A DNA stretch of 64,000 nt from positions 1,024,001 through 1,088,000 of the forward strand of contig CAXXMV010000002.1 of the NCBI GenBank assembly GCA_963662285.2, given 5' to 3'. The translations under genes were made by a program, and so were the position numbers. The DNA comes from a bacterium. GTDB taxonomy: Bacteria; Hinthialibacterota; Hinthialibacteria; Hinthialibacterales; Hinthialibacteraceae. Shown here piece after piece: positions 9,382 to 18,104 of this stretch (position 1 is its first letter; every line of letters begins with the position of its first letter). The notes beneath the pieces are model-generated. The model made no database searches. It was not told where the DNA came from and saw nothing but the letters and a program-made list of their open reading frames with translations.

Positions 9382-10174
9382 TCCTGATTTTCTCCAGATG
9401 ATCTATGATGTTTTCTCCACCAGTGATATCTATAGAAGGTAAATCTTCGTATCTTGGAAGTTCATTTTCATCCGGGAAAATTTCAAATTTTTCTACGTGT
9501 ATTTGTACAGGAATGTCGTGTGTGTTATATATTGTTTTTCCGTAAACAGCAACTCTTTTCTCAAATGCGCCCAGGACTTCATCTAATATATCATCATTAA
9601 AATAACACTTAATAGTTCTTGGTAATAGCATATCTTTGATTTTAAAAACACGCTTTTTTTCAGCGCTAGAAATAATACTTAGCAAAGCGCCCTCTAGAGT
9701 AGTCCAACAGTAATAAGATTCTTTTTTCTCATGGGCGATTACATTTTTTACATCATCTATAATATTTATAGATGGATTTATTCTTTTTTGTCTATAAGAG
9801 TATGCAATTTCCTTAATACCATCAGTAAGAGGTTTGAAAGTCCGTTGAAGGCTATCTAGGATTTCGTCATCAAAATTCTCAGGCATCATAACTTTTTCAT
9901 CAATTAACTTGCATCCATCAAGATACTCGTTAAATACACGATTTGCATGAGAAATATCTGTTTCCTCTGTTACTACCAAATGTATATCTCCCGGGCTGTT
10001 AAGATTAATGCTTTTAATTTTTAATTCAAAATTAATTTTTGTTTTATCCACCAAAACATCGCTTATTTTATTAAGAGAATCCACTGTTCCTCTTATGAAA
10101 TTAATAAAGGAATCGACGCTCATCGTGTCAGATCCAGGTATTATTTCCATTATAAATTCTGGTTTTGCGGCCAT
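9371..10174 (-). CDS. Hypothetical protein, putative large antitoxin partner of the PIN gene
   Basis: 267 aa, low GC, overlaps the PIN start by 11 nt; beta-rich C-half looks OB-fold-like; tail DITGGENIIDHLEKIR resembles VapB-type tails (inference). Confidence 0.6.
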   Translation of the reverse strand: MAAKPEFIMEIIPGSDTMSVDSFINFIRGTVDSLNKISDVLVDKTKINFELKIKSINLNSPGDIHLVVTEETDISHANRVFNEYLDGCKLIDEKVMMPENFDDEILDSLQRTFKPLTDGIKEIAYSYRQKRINPSINIIDDVKNVIAHEKKESYYCWTTLEGALLSIISSAEKKRVFKIKDMLLPRTIKCYFNDDILDEVLGAFEKRVAVYGKTIYNTHDIPVQIHVEKFEIFPDENELPRYEDLPSIDITGGENIIDHLEKIRNVS

Positions 10175-10357
10175 TTTATCTTACCAATTATGAGTTCCGG
10201 CGAATCAACCGTTTTTCCTCAAATACCTTTTTAGCACGAATCACGACATTATGTCTAGGGATTTCTTTATAAAACTCTAGTTATCGTCATGTTTATATAT
10301 ACTAATTATAGCGTTTTTATCAACAGTAGTTAGCAATATATCTAAATGTTCAGGATA

Positions 10358-10393
10358 CAAAACAGCCAACGGCGTAACTTCGCCGTTGGCTGT
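10358..10393 (-). terminator. Rho-independent terminator of the esterase gene
   Basis: ACAGCCAACGGCG-6 nt-CGCCGTTGGCTGT 13-bp stem followed by T run on the minus strand. Confidence 0.75.
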
Positions 10394-10416
10394 AAGAATA
10401 TCTATAATCAATGCAT

Positions 10417-11715
10417 CTATTTCAATTTCTCCGTCAACCACTGGTCAACTTTCTTGCTATGCGATGGATCAGTCCAATGACCCATGTATTTTACGATTTG
10501 CAGTTCTTTATCGCTGGTGATCGAGTTATACGCCGAGAACATTGATGTCGGGGGGCAAGTCTCATCGTTGAAGCCCAGTCCCATTAGAATTGGAACTTCT
10601 ATAATCCGCGCAAAATTGACTACGTCATAATAGGGCGCAACGGCAATTTTTTTCTGGGTGCAATTAAACTCATTCATGTTGCGGAACAGATGCGGCCATC
10701 CACCGGCGCGGTTGTTCAGGTAGCCGTAATGGTCGCACATAGCGGGATAGGTTGAGGCGATGAAACGGATGCGCTTATCCAGCCCGGCGGTGATGATCGA
10801 TAAAGCGCCGCCCTGGCTTCCGCCGTGTATACCCAGCGTCTTTCCGTCAAATTTATCAAGTTGGAAGATAAAATCCACTGCCCTTTTGCAACCCATGAAG
10901 ACGCGGTTGTAGTAATATTTGTCACGGTCATCCAGATTGAATTCGGGGTAATCCTTGATCGCTCCGGGACGTAAACTCTGATACAACTCATCGGGCAGAT
11001 TAACAGGAATGCCATGAATACCGACTGTTAAGTGGATCACGCCTTTTTTGGCCCACCCATAATTGGGACGATAAGGACGTACACCCGCGCCTGGAACCTG
11101 AAGCAACGCCGGAAAGGGACCTTCGCCCTTAGGAACCGACAACATTCCATAAAACCTGGGTAGACTGCCCCATCCCTTGGGTCCGGATATGTAACTTATG
11201 TGATACATATCGACATCATCGACGCCATCGATCTCCACTTTTTCCATTACTGGATCAAGAGGGATATCAGACAGGCTGGCCATTTTGTCACTCCAGTATC
11301 GATCAAAATCATCCGGCTTGGGCGTTGTCGCTTTAACTTTATACGGTTCATAGGCGCCAGTAGCAAGACCGCGATATTGCTTACCATCAAGCGTGATGTC
11401 CGCATTGCAGCGTAAGAATCCCGGACGATCCAGGCCATGCGATTTGAGCGTCAGTTTGCCATCGCTCAAGTTCGATTCACCCATGCTGAAGGCTTCCATC
11501 TTCTCCGGACCAATGCGCCATGATACTTTAGCGTCCTTAATCGGTTGGTCGTCATCTTTGACGCTTATCACAAACTCGATAGGCTCAGCTACCTCATAAA
11601 TCCAGTCCTCATGATCGCACGTTACCGAAACCTCAACCTTCGCTATCGCCAACGAAGGAACTAATACGAAAAGCGTAAATAGAATAATATTGATTCGTAG
11701 ATATCCCAACCTCAT
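10417..11715 (-). CDS. Acetyl xylan esterase/cephalosporin C deacetylase (CE7/AXE1 family), secreted
   Basis: KPDDFDRYW, GGSQGG nucleophile elbow, YYDVVNFA, DETCPPTS, GH; signal peptide. Confidence 0.85.
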   Translation of the reverse strand: MRLGYLRINIILFTLFVLVPSLAIAKVEVSVTCDHEDWIYEVAEPIEFVISVKDDDQPIKDAKVSWRIGPEKMEAFSMGESNLSDGKLTLKSHGLDRPGFLRCNADITLDGKQYRGLATGAYEPYKVKATTPKPDDFDRYWSDKMASLSDIPLDPVMEKVEIDGVDDVDMYHISYISGPKGWGSLPRFYGMLSVPKGEGPFPALLQVPGAGVRPYRPNYGWAKKGVIHLTVGIHGIPVNLPDELYQSLRPGAIKDYPEFNLDDRDKYYYNRVFMGCKRAVDFIFQLDKFDGKTLGIHGGSQGGALSIITAGLDKRIRFIASTYPAMCDHYGYLNNRAGGWPHLFRNMNEFNCTQKKIAVAPYYDVVNFARIIEVPILMGLGFNDETCPPTSMFSAYNSITSDKELQIVKYMGHWTDPSHSKKVDQWLTEKLK

Positions 11716-12082
11716 TTTTCATATCCTTTCTTAAACTTATTTCTATTCAATCTGTTTCTATTGAAAACTAAAATGCCCTAAAAATATAGCGATAGCATTG
11801 CATCTATTATGACAATCACTCTCAAACGTTCCTCTCTTATATACCCAGTACCATTAACTTGCGTAAGCGTAAAAAAAATATTCCAACTACTAAATCATAA
11901 AAAAATCCTGATTATCCTGGATTAAGCCAAAAAACCGATTAGCCCTCTTTATCGATAATCTTACAATTCATTACATAAATCGAAAGATATTGGGTTGCGG
12001 ATGCGCTGTAATTTCTGTAATATATGTAATATATCACAAGATCAATTAATCGCATTAGTACTTTGTGGGAGGCGGAAAAATC

Positions 12083-12754
12083 ATGAAACAGTCTGGTTTT
12101 ACTCTTATTGAGTTGTTGATTGTTGTAGCCATAATCGGTATTTTGGCCGCCATAGCAGTGCCGAACTTTTTAAATGCGCAAATCCGAGCCAAAGTATCCC
12201 GTTCCTATGCGGATATGCGTTCTACCGTCACTGCTATTGAACAAATGCGCATGGATAAGGGCTGTATTCTGGTCGATTTCTGGGATGATGATACTACCTG
12301 GGGAAGAGAGCGCATAGAGAAGACATTTAATGGCGTTGGTAATGAACCCGAAGCCACCCGGCGCCAATTGCATGTTCTCGCTCCGTTAACCAGCCCCGTA
12401 TCCTACATGTCTTCTGTTCCCAAAGATCCATTTGCCGGACATTTGCTGGAAGCCAGTACTGGCGGACATTCAGAGCGTTTTGGCTTAATCGGCAATGATG
12501 TCTATTACTATGCCGATGATGATCCCCAGGGCAGTGGTCCCGACTATGGCGGTACAAGTTATGATCCACCCCTTAAACCAGGCGATTACATACTTTATGC
12601 ATTTGGTCCGGCAGCTAATATAATGTACGGCGGTAGCAATGGAGTCCGTTATGGCTTGCCCTACGATACTTCCAATGGCGTTGTGAGCCTTGGCGATATC
12701 ATGATGCGTTCTGGAGGTGGGATAGTCCGCAATAATCTCTTAGGCGGACGTTAA
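12083..12754 (+). CDS. Prepilin-type N-terminal cleavage/methylation domain protein
   Basis: MKQSG|FTLIELLIVVAIIGILAAIAVP class III signal with E5; GGAGG RBS upstream of ATG 12083. Confidence 0.9.
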   Translation: MKQSGFTLIELLIVVAIIGILAAIAVPNFLNAQIRAKVSRSYADMRSTVTAIEQMRMDKGCILVDFWDDDTTWGRERIEKTFNGVGNEPEATRRQLHVLAPLTSPVSYMSSVPKDPFAGHLLEASTGGHSERFGLIGNDVYYYADDDPQGSGPDYGGTSYDPPLKPGDYILYAFGPAANIMYGGSNGVRYGLPYDTSNGVVSLGDIMMRSGGGIVRNNLLGGR

Positions 12755-12854
12755 TAAGTAGTTACTTAACCAAAAACTATGCATTACATAATGATATTCA
12801 AATAATTTTGCAGTTTACTTCTGCTTGGAGTAAACGACTATTAATGGAGAAATT

Positions 12855-13472
12855 ATGACTAAACAAAAAGCTTTTACCCTCATCGAATTGCTTATTGTGG
12901 TTGCTATTATTGGCATCTTGGCGGCTATCGCCGTTCCCAATTTTCTGAACGCCCAAATCCGCGCTAAAATCGCCAGAGTGGAATCCGACCACAAATCTCT
13001 TGCCACCGCGCTTGGCGCCTATCAGATCGATAATAATTCGTTTCCTGGCGATCATGATCTCGATAACTATATGAATGGTGAAAGAGGTCTTTTCCGGCTA
13101 ACTTCGCCAGTCTCATACATGGCGTCTCTTCCCGCTGATCCCTTTGTGGAGAAGAAACTCAAGGGAACGCTTCACTTGGGCGATGCTAATGCCTATGCCA
13201 CAGCAGGCCGTCCGGATTATGAAATGGGCAGCGGCGCGGATAACCCGGGGCAATATAGGAAACAATGCTATAGCCTGATGAGTTATGGACCGGATTATGA
13301 TGACGATAACTCCAGCCATGATCCTTTCCCTTTTGGTACGGATCATGACCGCTATGCTCCCACCAATGGGATACGTTCGGATGGCAACATCTTCCGTTTC
13401 GGCGGTGACTATTCATCTGGATGCCTTATTATGGATTGGAATACATCCCGTATCGGCGGCGGATGTCCTTGA
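12855..13472 (+). CDS. Prepilin-type N-terminal cleavage/methylation domain protein (paralog)
   Basis: MTKQKA|FTLIELLIVVAIIGILAAIAVPNFLNAQIRAK; GGAG RBS. Confidence 0.9.
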   Translation: MTKQKAFTLIELLIVVAIIGILAAIAVPNFLNAQIRAKIARVESDHKSLATALGAYQIDNNSFPGDHDLDNYMNGERGLFRLTSPVSYMASLPADPFVEKKLKGTLHLGDANAYATAGRPDYEMGSGADNPGQYRKQCYSLMSYGPDYDDDNSSHDPFPFGTDHDRYAPTNGIRSDGNIFRFGGDYSSGCLIMDWNTSRIGGGCP

Positions 13473-13642
13473 TCGTTGCAAGTCAGCAAGATGGGACTCG
13501 TCTCGAAGCGCGCCCCATCCTGTTTTTCTGGAGGAAAGTCGAGATAAGTTGTAGAGTTATTTTATTATTCTTGGTTTTATTTTAAGCAAAATCCAGTTCA
13601 TCCTGAACATCCAGATTCAGGCAATAACAAACGCTTCAGATC

Positions 13643-13679
13643 AAAAAAAAACCGCCGATCCAAATAGACCGGCGGTTTT
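13643..13679. terminator. Bidirectional terminator between convergent genes
   Basis: A9-CCGCCG...CGGCGG-TTTT stem with T runs on both strands. Confidence 0.7.
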
Positions 13680-13706
13680 GTATTATTTCACTTCACAATC
13701 TAATCA

Positions 13707-16700
13707 TTAATTCGGCGCAATGTCTCCGAATAATTCGCCAGGATAGGCTTTTCCAGGTTCGAGGATGAAGACATCCACCCGGTCGATCCAGGCAGTCACG
13801 TCATTACCATCTGATCCGGCAACCTGGATGAAAGGATTTATCATCTCACCTGAATCAGGACGGAACACAGCCGTAACCCGGCCTTCATTATCAACGAAAC
13901 TGGCCGCCGACATTATCAACGAATAGCCAATTGTTCCATCAACATCCAGACCTTGCATTACTACGCCTTTCAATGCGCCTACTGCAATCGTGGCATTGGG
14001 TTCATTGAATTTCAAAGAGCAGCGAATCAATGCAGGACGTCCGCCGGTATTTATACCTGCTTGAGTCAGCAGGAAGGTAACCGATCCGGGTTTCGCCACA
14101 ATCGCGGCGCCGCGTTGATCTTTCGAAGATGGAAATTCGCCGCCGGGGAATCCGAAATTAGCCAGGATAAAGCCCGGCGCCGCTCCACTGAAACCACCTG
14201 GAATCTCCGCCCAGCCGTTTTCAGTCATGGTCGATTTATCAAATTCATAAACCATGTATGGCTCAATTACCGGTGCAACTACCGGAGTAGGAGTCGGAAG
14301 CGTTTCATCTGGCGTAGGAGTCGGTTCAACGACAATAGGAGTCACAGTCGGCGTAGGCGCTCCAACTTGAGGCGTCGGGGTCGGTTCGCCAACTTGAGGC
14401 GTAGGCGTAGGCTGCGCAACTACCGGCGTTGGAGTTGGGGTTGGCTCAATTATGTCGCCGCTTGGGCTGATAATCACTGTCTTGCCATCGCTTTCATTGC
14501 CGAACTTATCATAAACCGTCAAGCGGCAGGTGTATTCAACGCCATTAAAGAATCCACCTGAACGGTAAGCCAAAACATTACCAAGGTCTAATGGTTCTTC
14601 ACTGTTAATATACAACTTATAACCGCCGCCATCAGCCACATCAGGGCTTACCGAAGGCAGCCAGGCAAAATGTATGTACCTGTCGCGTGGGAATCCAGAG
14701 AACCACTGCGGATTGGTCGGAGCAGTTTTATTGCTTTCATAGAGGGTAATATCAATATGGGTTGTCTCGCCAGCTTTAATTTCAACTGTTGGATTAACTG
14801 CATAGAATTTCGCTCCAGAACTCACCGCCAGAGTATATAATCCCGGCGGAACCGCATCATAAGTGACTATTCCGCTAAAATCAGTTTTGGCATTGATTCC
14901 ACGATAGGTGCAATCGATCTCAGCCAGCGGGAAATTGTTGGTAGAAACAATCTTGGCTTCCAACTTACCGGTAACATTCGTATCCAAATTACTTAGACTT
15001 ACTACATAACGGCCATAACCATCACGTCTGGCAACTTGTATATAGTAGACGCCTGCTTCCAGTTCTAACTCTTTAACTGATAAAGCCGGGTTATACCACA
15101 GATCATGCCTGAATAAACTGGTTCGCATATCCGAAGCGTATATATAACAATATGAGGCGAAGGTATTTGTCCCCTGATAAGTGAACTTATAGGTTCCCGC
15201 TTCAGGTACGTCAACCCGGTAAAAGTCTGTATTATCAATATAATTTGCATTGGTATACCCAATCGCGCCCTTGGCCAATTCGTTGATCGACATCGTCACA
15301 GGCATGGTCGCTATATTGTTTTGCTCGATGTCATTGAAGTCCTGTTCCTTGTAATCCACATAAAACTCATACACGCCATACCCATCTCTTCGAGATATGT
15401 GGATGTAATAATCTCCCGCCCTTAAGTTGGGGAAATTAACCGAACGCGGCTCCTCTGTATGCCAGTGATCCGTGCGTCCTATATAGGTTACGCCATCGGC
15501 TTGATATACATTGGCATAGATTGCCATCGTGCTATCTACATGCGAACGAACTGTTAATGCTCCATCAGCAGGCAGGTTTACCTTGTACCAATCACTATCA
15601 TCTATACGGTAAACTTTGTCATAACCCAGATGTCCGATAACTCCATCATTCAAATAAATTTGCTCAGCCTGATGGGCGTGATCGTTAAATTCCTGATCGC
15701 TGCTGCGATTGGGTATAAAGGAGAATTTAAATTCATAATTCCCATACCCGTCACGGTGTGATATGCCTATCAAATATTTACCGGCCATGACATTGGATTT
15801 GGTATAAGACCTTTGATCGGTAGTATGCCAACCATCATTGCGTCCGATATGAACCAATTCACTATTGGGTTTCCATGCGTAGGTATCCAAATAATAGGCC
15901 AATGTATCATCAGAGGTGCTGCTAACTGTCAGTGAACCATCATCCGGTACATCAAGGATATAATGGTCATATCGATCTACCCATCCGTTATCAGAAAAAC
16001 CTATATGTCCCACAATGGTTTGATCTAAAGAAACCAATGTTGGCAATCCCATCCAGGCTTCGTTTGGTTCAACATCCACATTGGGCGCGGCGGTGAAGGC
16101 CGTCTCAATAGAACCAAGCCCTGAGCCGTCTCTTCGTTGGATTCGAATAATATAATCACCGGCCATCAGGTTTGGACTAGTGAACACTCTCTCATCCGCT
16201 GTATGCCAATGATCATTTCGCCCGATATGAATGGCATTGCGATGGAAGAGATCTGTATATGTTGCTACAGTATCATTGTACTTGCTTCGCATAGTCAGCG
16301 CGCCATCAGCCGGAAGCGTCACTTTATAATAAACTTCAGGTATTTCTTCACTGATCGTGATATTCTCAATTTTACTGTTCAAGGCTATCGCAACTGCTCC
16401 CGTTGCAAAGGGATCAGGAATATCTTGAGGTTGAGACTCTATATATAACGAATACTCGCCAAACAGGTTTGTGCGCCGCACATTCAAATAATAAATTCCG
16501 GGCGCTAATCCCGAGTAACTTGGCAGCAATCGTAAGTTCGAGTCATATAAATCGTAAGTTAGCGAAACATTATTCGCATCCGCAGCTACTAACTCAACTT
16601 TCAGCGCTCCATAGATAGCAGTCGTAAACCGGTAAAAATCCATTTGATCGCTAAAAGAATCGCCATAGTATCCCAGCCGTCCCTTGGCGTAACCACTGTA

Positions 16701-17579
16701 GACCCCATCTAATTCATTCATAACAAGATCAATGGATTCCTGGGGACGGTTATTAGGTTCAAGGTCGTTCGGATTATCGTTTGCTGTAAAAATATTGGTT
16801 AACGTGTAAGAACCATAACCTTCACTCTTGTATAGACAAACGAAATATACACCTGCCGCCAGGTTGCTGTAAACGATCTTTTCCGAGCCGCCTTTGGCAT
16901 TATCGTTCTTCGCAGCCAGAACCTTATTCCCGTCAGTGTCACGCAATTGCATTCCAATGCGTAAACCTCCATCAGGGAAAACCGTCAATTCCAACGCGCC
17001 GTCACTATCGGTGGTTATTACATAAAAATCATTTTCATCTGTGATTAAATTACCGTGAAAACCCAGATGCCCTTCCGCTTCTTCATTGAGAGATAATTGC
17101 AGGGCATTGGCAGGGCTGCCATTGGGTTCAGCGTCTATTTCTTCGATAGGAGCGAAATTAACCTGGATGCTATAGTCGCCCAGTCCTTCAACCGCTTTTA
17201 CTACGATGGAATAAGTTGTTCCTCCGCCTAGCAAATTACTATAGATCACTCCTGCGCTGGTTCCTTTGGCGCCGCCATCCTTTACGCCCAATATTGCAAC
17301 TCCGTCTGAATCCAATAACGTAACTTCCACCCGTAATTCAGCGACTGGAACAACGCCAACCTGGAAAAGACCGTCCGACGGAATGTTTATTTTATAGATA
17401 TCATAAAGATCGACTGGTAGAACCGTAGTCAACGAGCCGCTGTCACTATTGTTAACCTCTATAGTATTAGCTGATGCCAGCGTATCGTTCGGCTCTGTTT
17501 CCGCATATCCCACAGGATTGATTACAACCAACATAATCAATCCCATCATTATCCATATGTTCCGCTTTGAAATAATCAT
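13707..17579 (-). CDS. Large secreted modular protein: tandem PPC-like beta-sandwich repeats, carboxypeptidase-regulatory-like and FN3-like domains, PT linker, C-terminal domain
   Basis: Signal peptide; recurring EPN(D/G/N/E) and D-x-D-x-Y-x-V/I motifs; KTDFSG..Y..VPPGLYTL; VYDKFGNES; PTPTP repeats. Confidence 0.75.
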   Translation of the reverse strand: MIISKRNIWIMMGLIMLVVINPVGYAETEPNDTLASANTIEVNNSDSGSLTTVLPVDLYDIYKINIPSDGLFQVGVVPVAELRVEVTLLDSDGVAILGVKDGGAKGTSAGVIYSNLLGGGTTYSIVVKAVEGLGDYSIQVNFAPIEEIDAEPNGSPANALQLSLNEEAEGHLGFHGNLITDENDFYVITTDSDGALELTVFPDGGLRIGMQLRDTDGNKVLAAKNDNAKGGSEKIVYSNLAAGVYFVCLYKSEGYGSYTLTNIFTANDNPNDLEPNNRPQESIDLVMNELDGVYSGYAKGRLGYYGDSFSDQMDFYRFTTAIYGALKVELVAADANNVSLTYDLYDSNLRLLPSYSGLAPGIYYLNVRRTNLFGEYSLYIESQPQDIPDPFATGAVAIALNSKIENITISEEIPEVYYKVTLPADGALTMRSKYNDTVATYTDLFHRNAIHIGRNDHWHTADERVFTSPNLMAGDYIIRIQRRDGSGLGSIETAFTAAPNVDVEPNEAWMGLPTLVSLDQTIVGHIGFSDNGWVDRYDHYILDVPDDGSLTVSSTSDDTLAYYLDTYAWKPNSELVHIGRNDGWHTTDQRSYTKSNVMAGKYLIGISHRDGYGNYEFKFSFIPNRSSDQEFNDHAHQAEQIYLNDGVIGHLGYDKVYRIDDSDWYKVNLPADGALTVRSHVDSTMAIYANVYQADGVTYIGRTDHWHTEEPRSVNFPNLRAGDYYIHISRRDGYGVYEFYVDYKEQDFNDIEQNNIATMPVTMSINELAKGAIGYTNANYIDNTDFYRVDVPEAGTYKFTYQGTNTFASYCYIYASDMRTSLFRHDLWYNPALSVKELELEAGVYYIQVARRDGYGRYVVSLSNLDTNVTGKLEAKIVSTNNFPLAEIDCTYRGINAKTDFSGIVTYDAVPPGLYTLAVSSGAKFYAVNPTVEIKAGETTHIDITLYESNKTAPTNPQWFSGFPRDRYIHFAWLPSVSPDVADGGGYKLYINSEEPLDLGNVLAYRSGGFFNGVEYTCRLTVYDKFGNESDGKTVIISPSGDIIEPTPTPTPVVAQPTPTPQVGEPTPTPQVGAPTPTVTPIVVEPTPTPDETLPTPTPVVAPVIEPYMVYEFDKSTMTENGWAEIPGGFSGAAPGFILANFGFPGGEFPSSKDQRGAAIVAKPGSVTFLLTQAGINTGGRPALIRCSLKFNEPNATIAVGALKGVVMQGLDVDGTIGYSLIMSAASFVDNEGRVTAVFRPDSGEMINPFIQVAGSDGNDVTAWIDRVDVFILEPGKAYPGELFGDIAPN
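14270..14445 (-). repeat. Pro/Thr-rich coding repeat (PTPTP linker)
   Basis: EPTPTPTPVVAQPTPTPQVGEPTPTPQVGAPTPT...PTPTPVVAP. Confidence 0.85.
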
Positions 17580-18104
17580 GTTCTCTCTCCTTCTTGAAGA
17601 TTTATAAATTTAGTAAGAAGTTACATTGAATGAATTTTTGTTAACGTAGTCTTTTTCTTGAAGTAATAGCACGATGTAAAATATTCTATTAAAATACTAA
17701 TAGGAAATTGGCGATTGTTACAATTCATCATCCGCCATAATTTCTACAAAAAATAAAGACAATCCTTCCCTAAGCGCCCTATCAAACAGTATTTATACTC
17801 GATTATCTGAAAAAAATCAACATACTTTTGATTTTTTAAATTTATTATACGTTTATTATCTAATAAATTACATATTATATAAAATTATTACTATATATTC
17901 ATAAATTATTGCTTTTGATATCGAAAATCCTGGTTTTTCCAGTTTTTTCGAAACGATAATCAGAGCGTTATTATTTAAATCACTTTAGCAGTCACTATCG
18001 GGATATCGATTAGTCATCCATACATCTGCATTTTATTGAAAAAAAATAGGTATAATATATAATTCCGCCAATTCAGGCAATCTTCGAATAGGATAAAACA
18101 ACTC

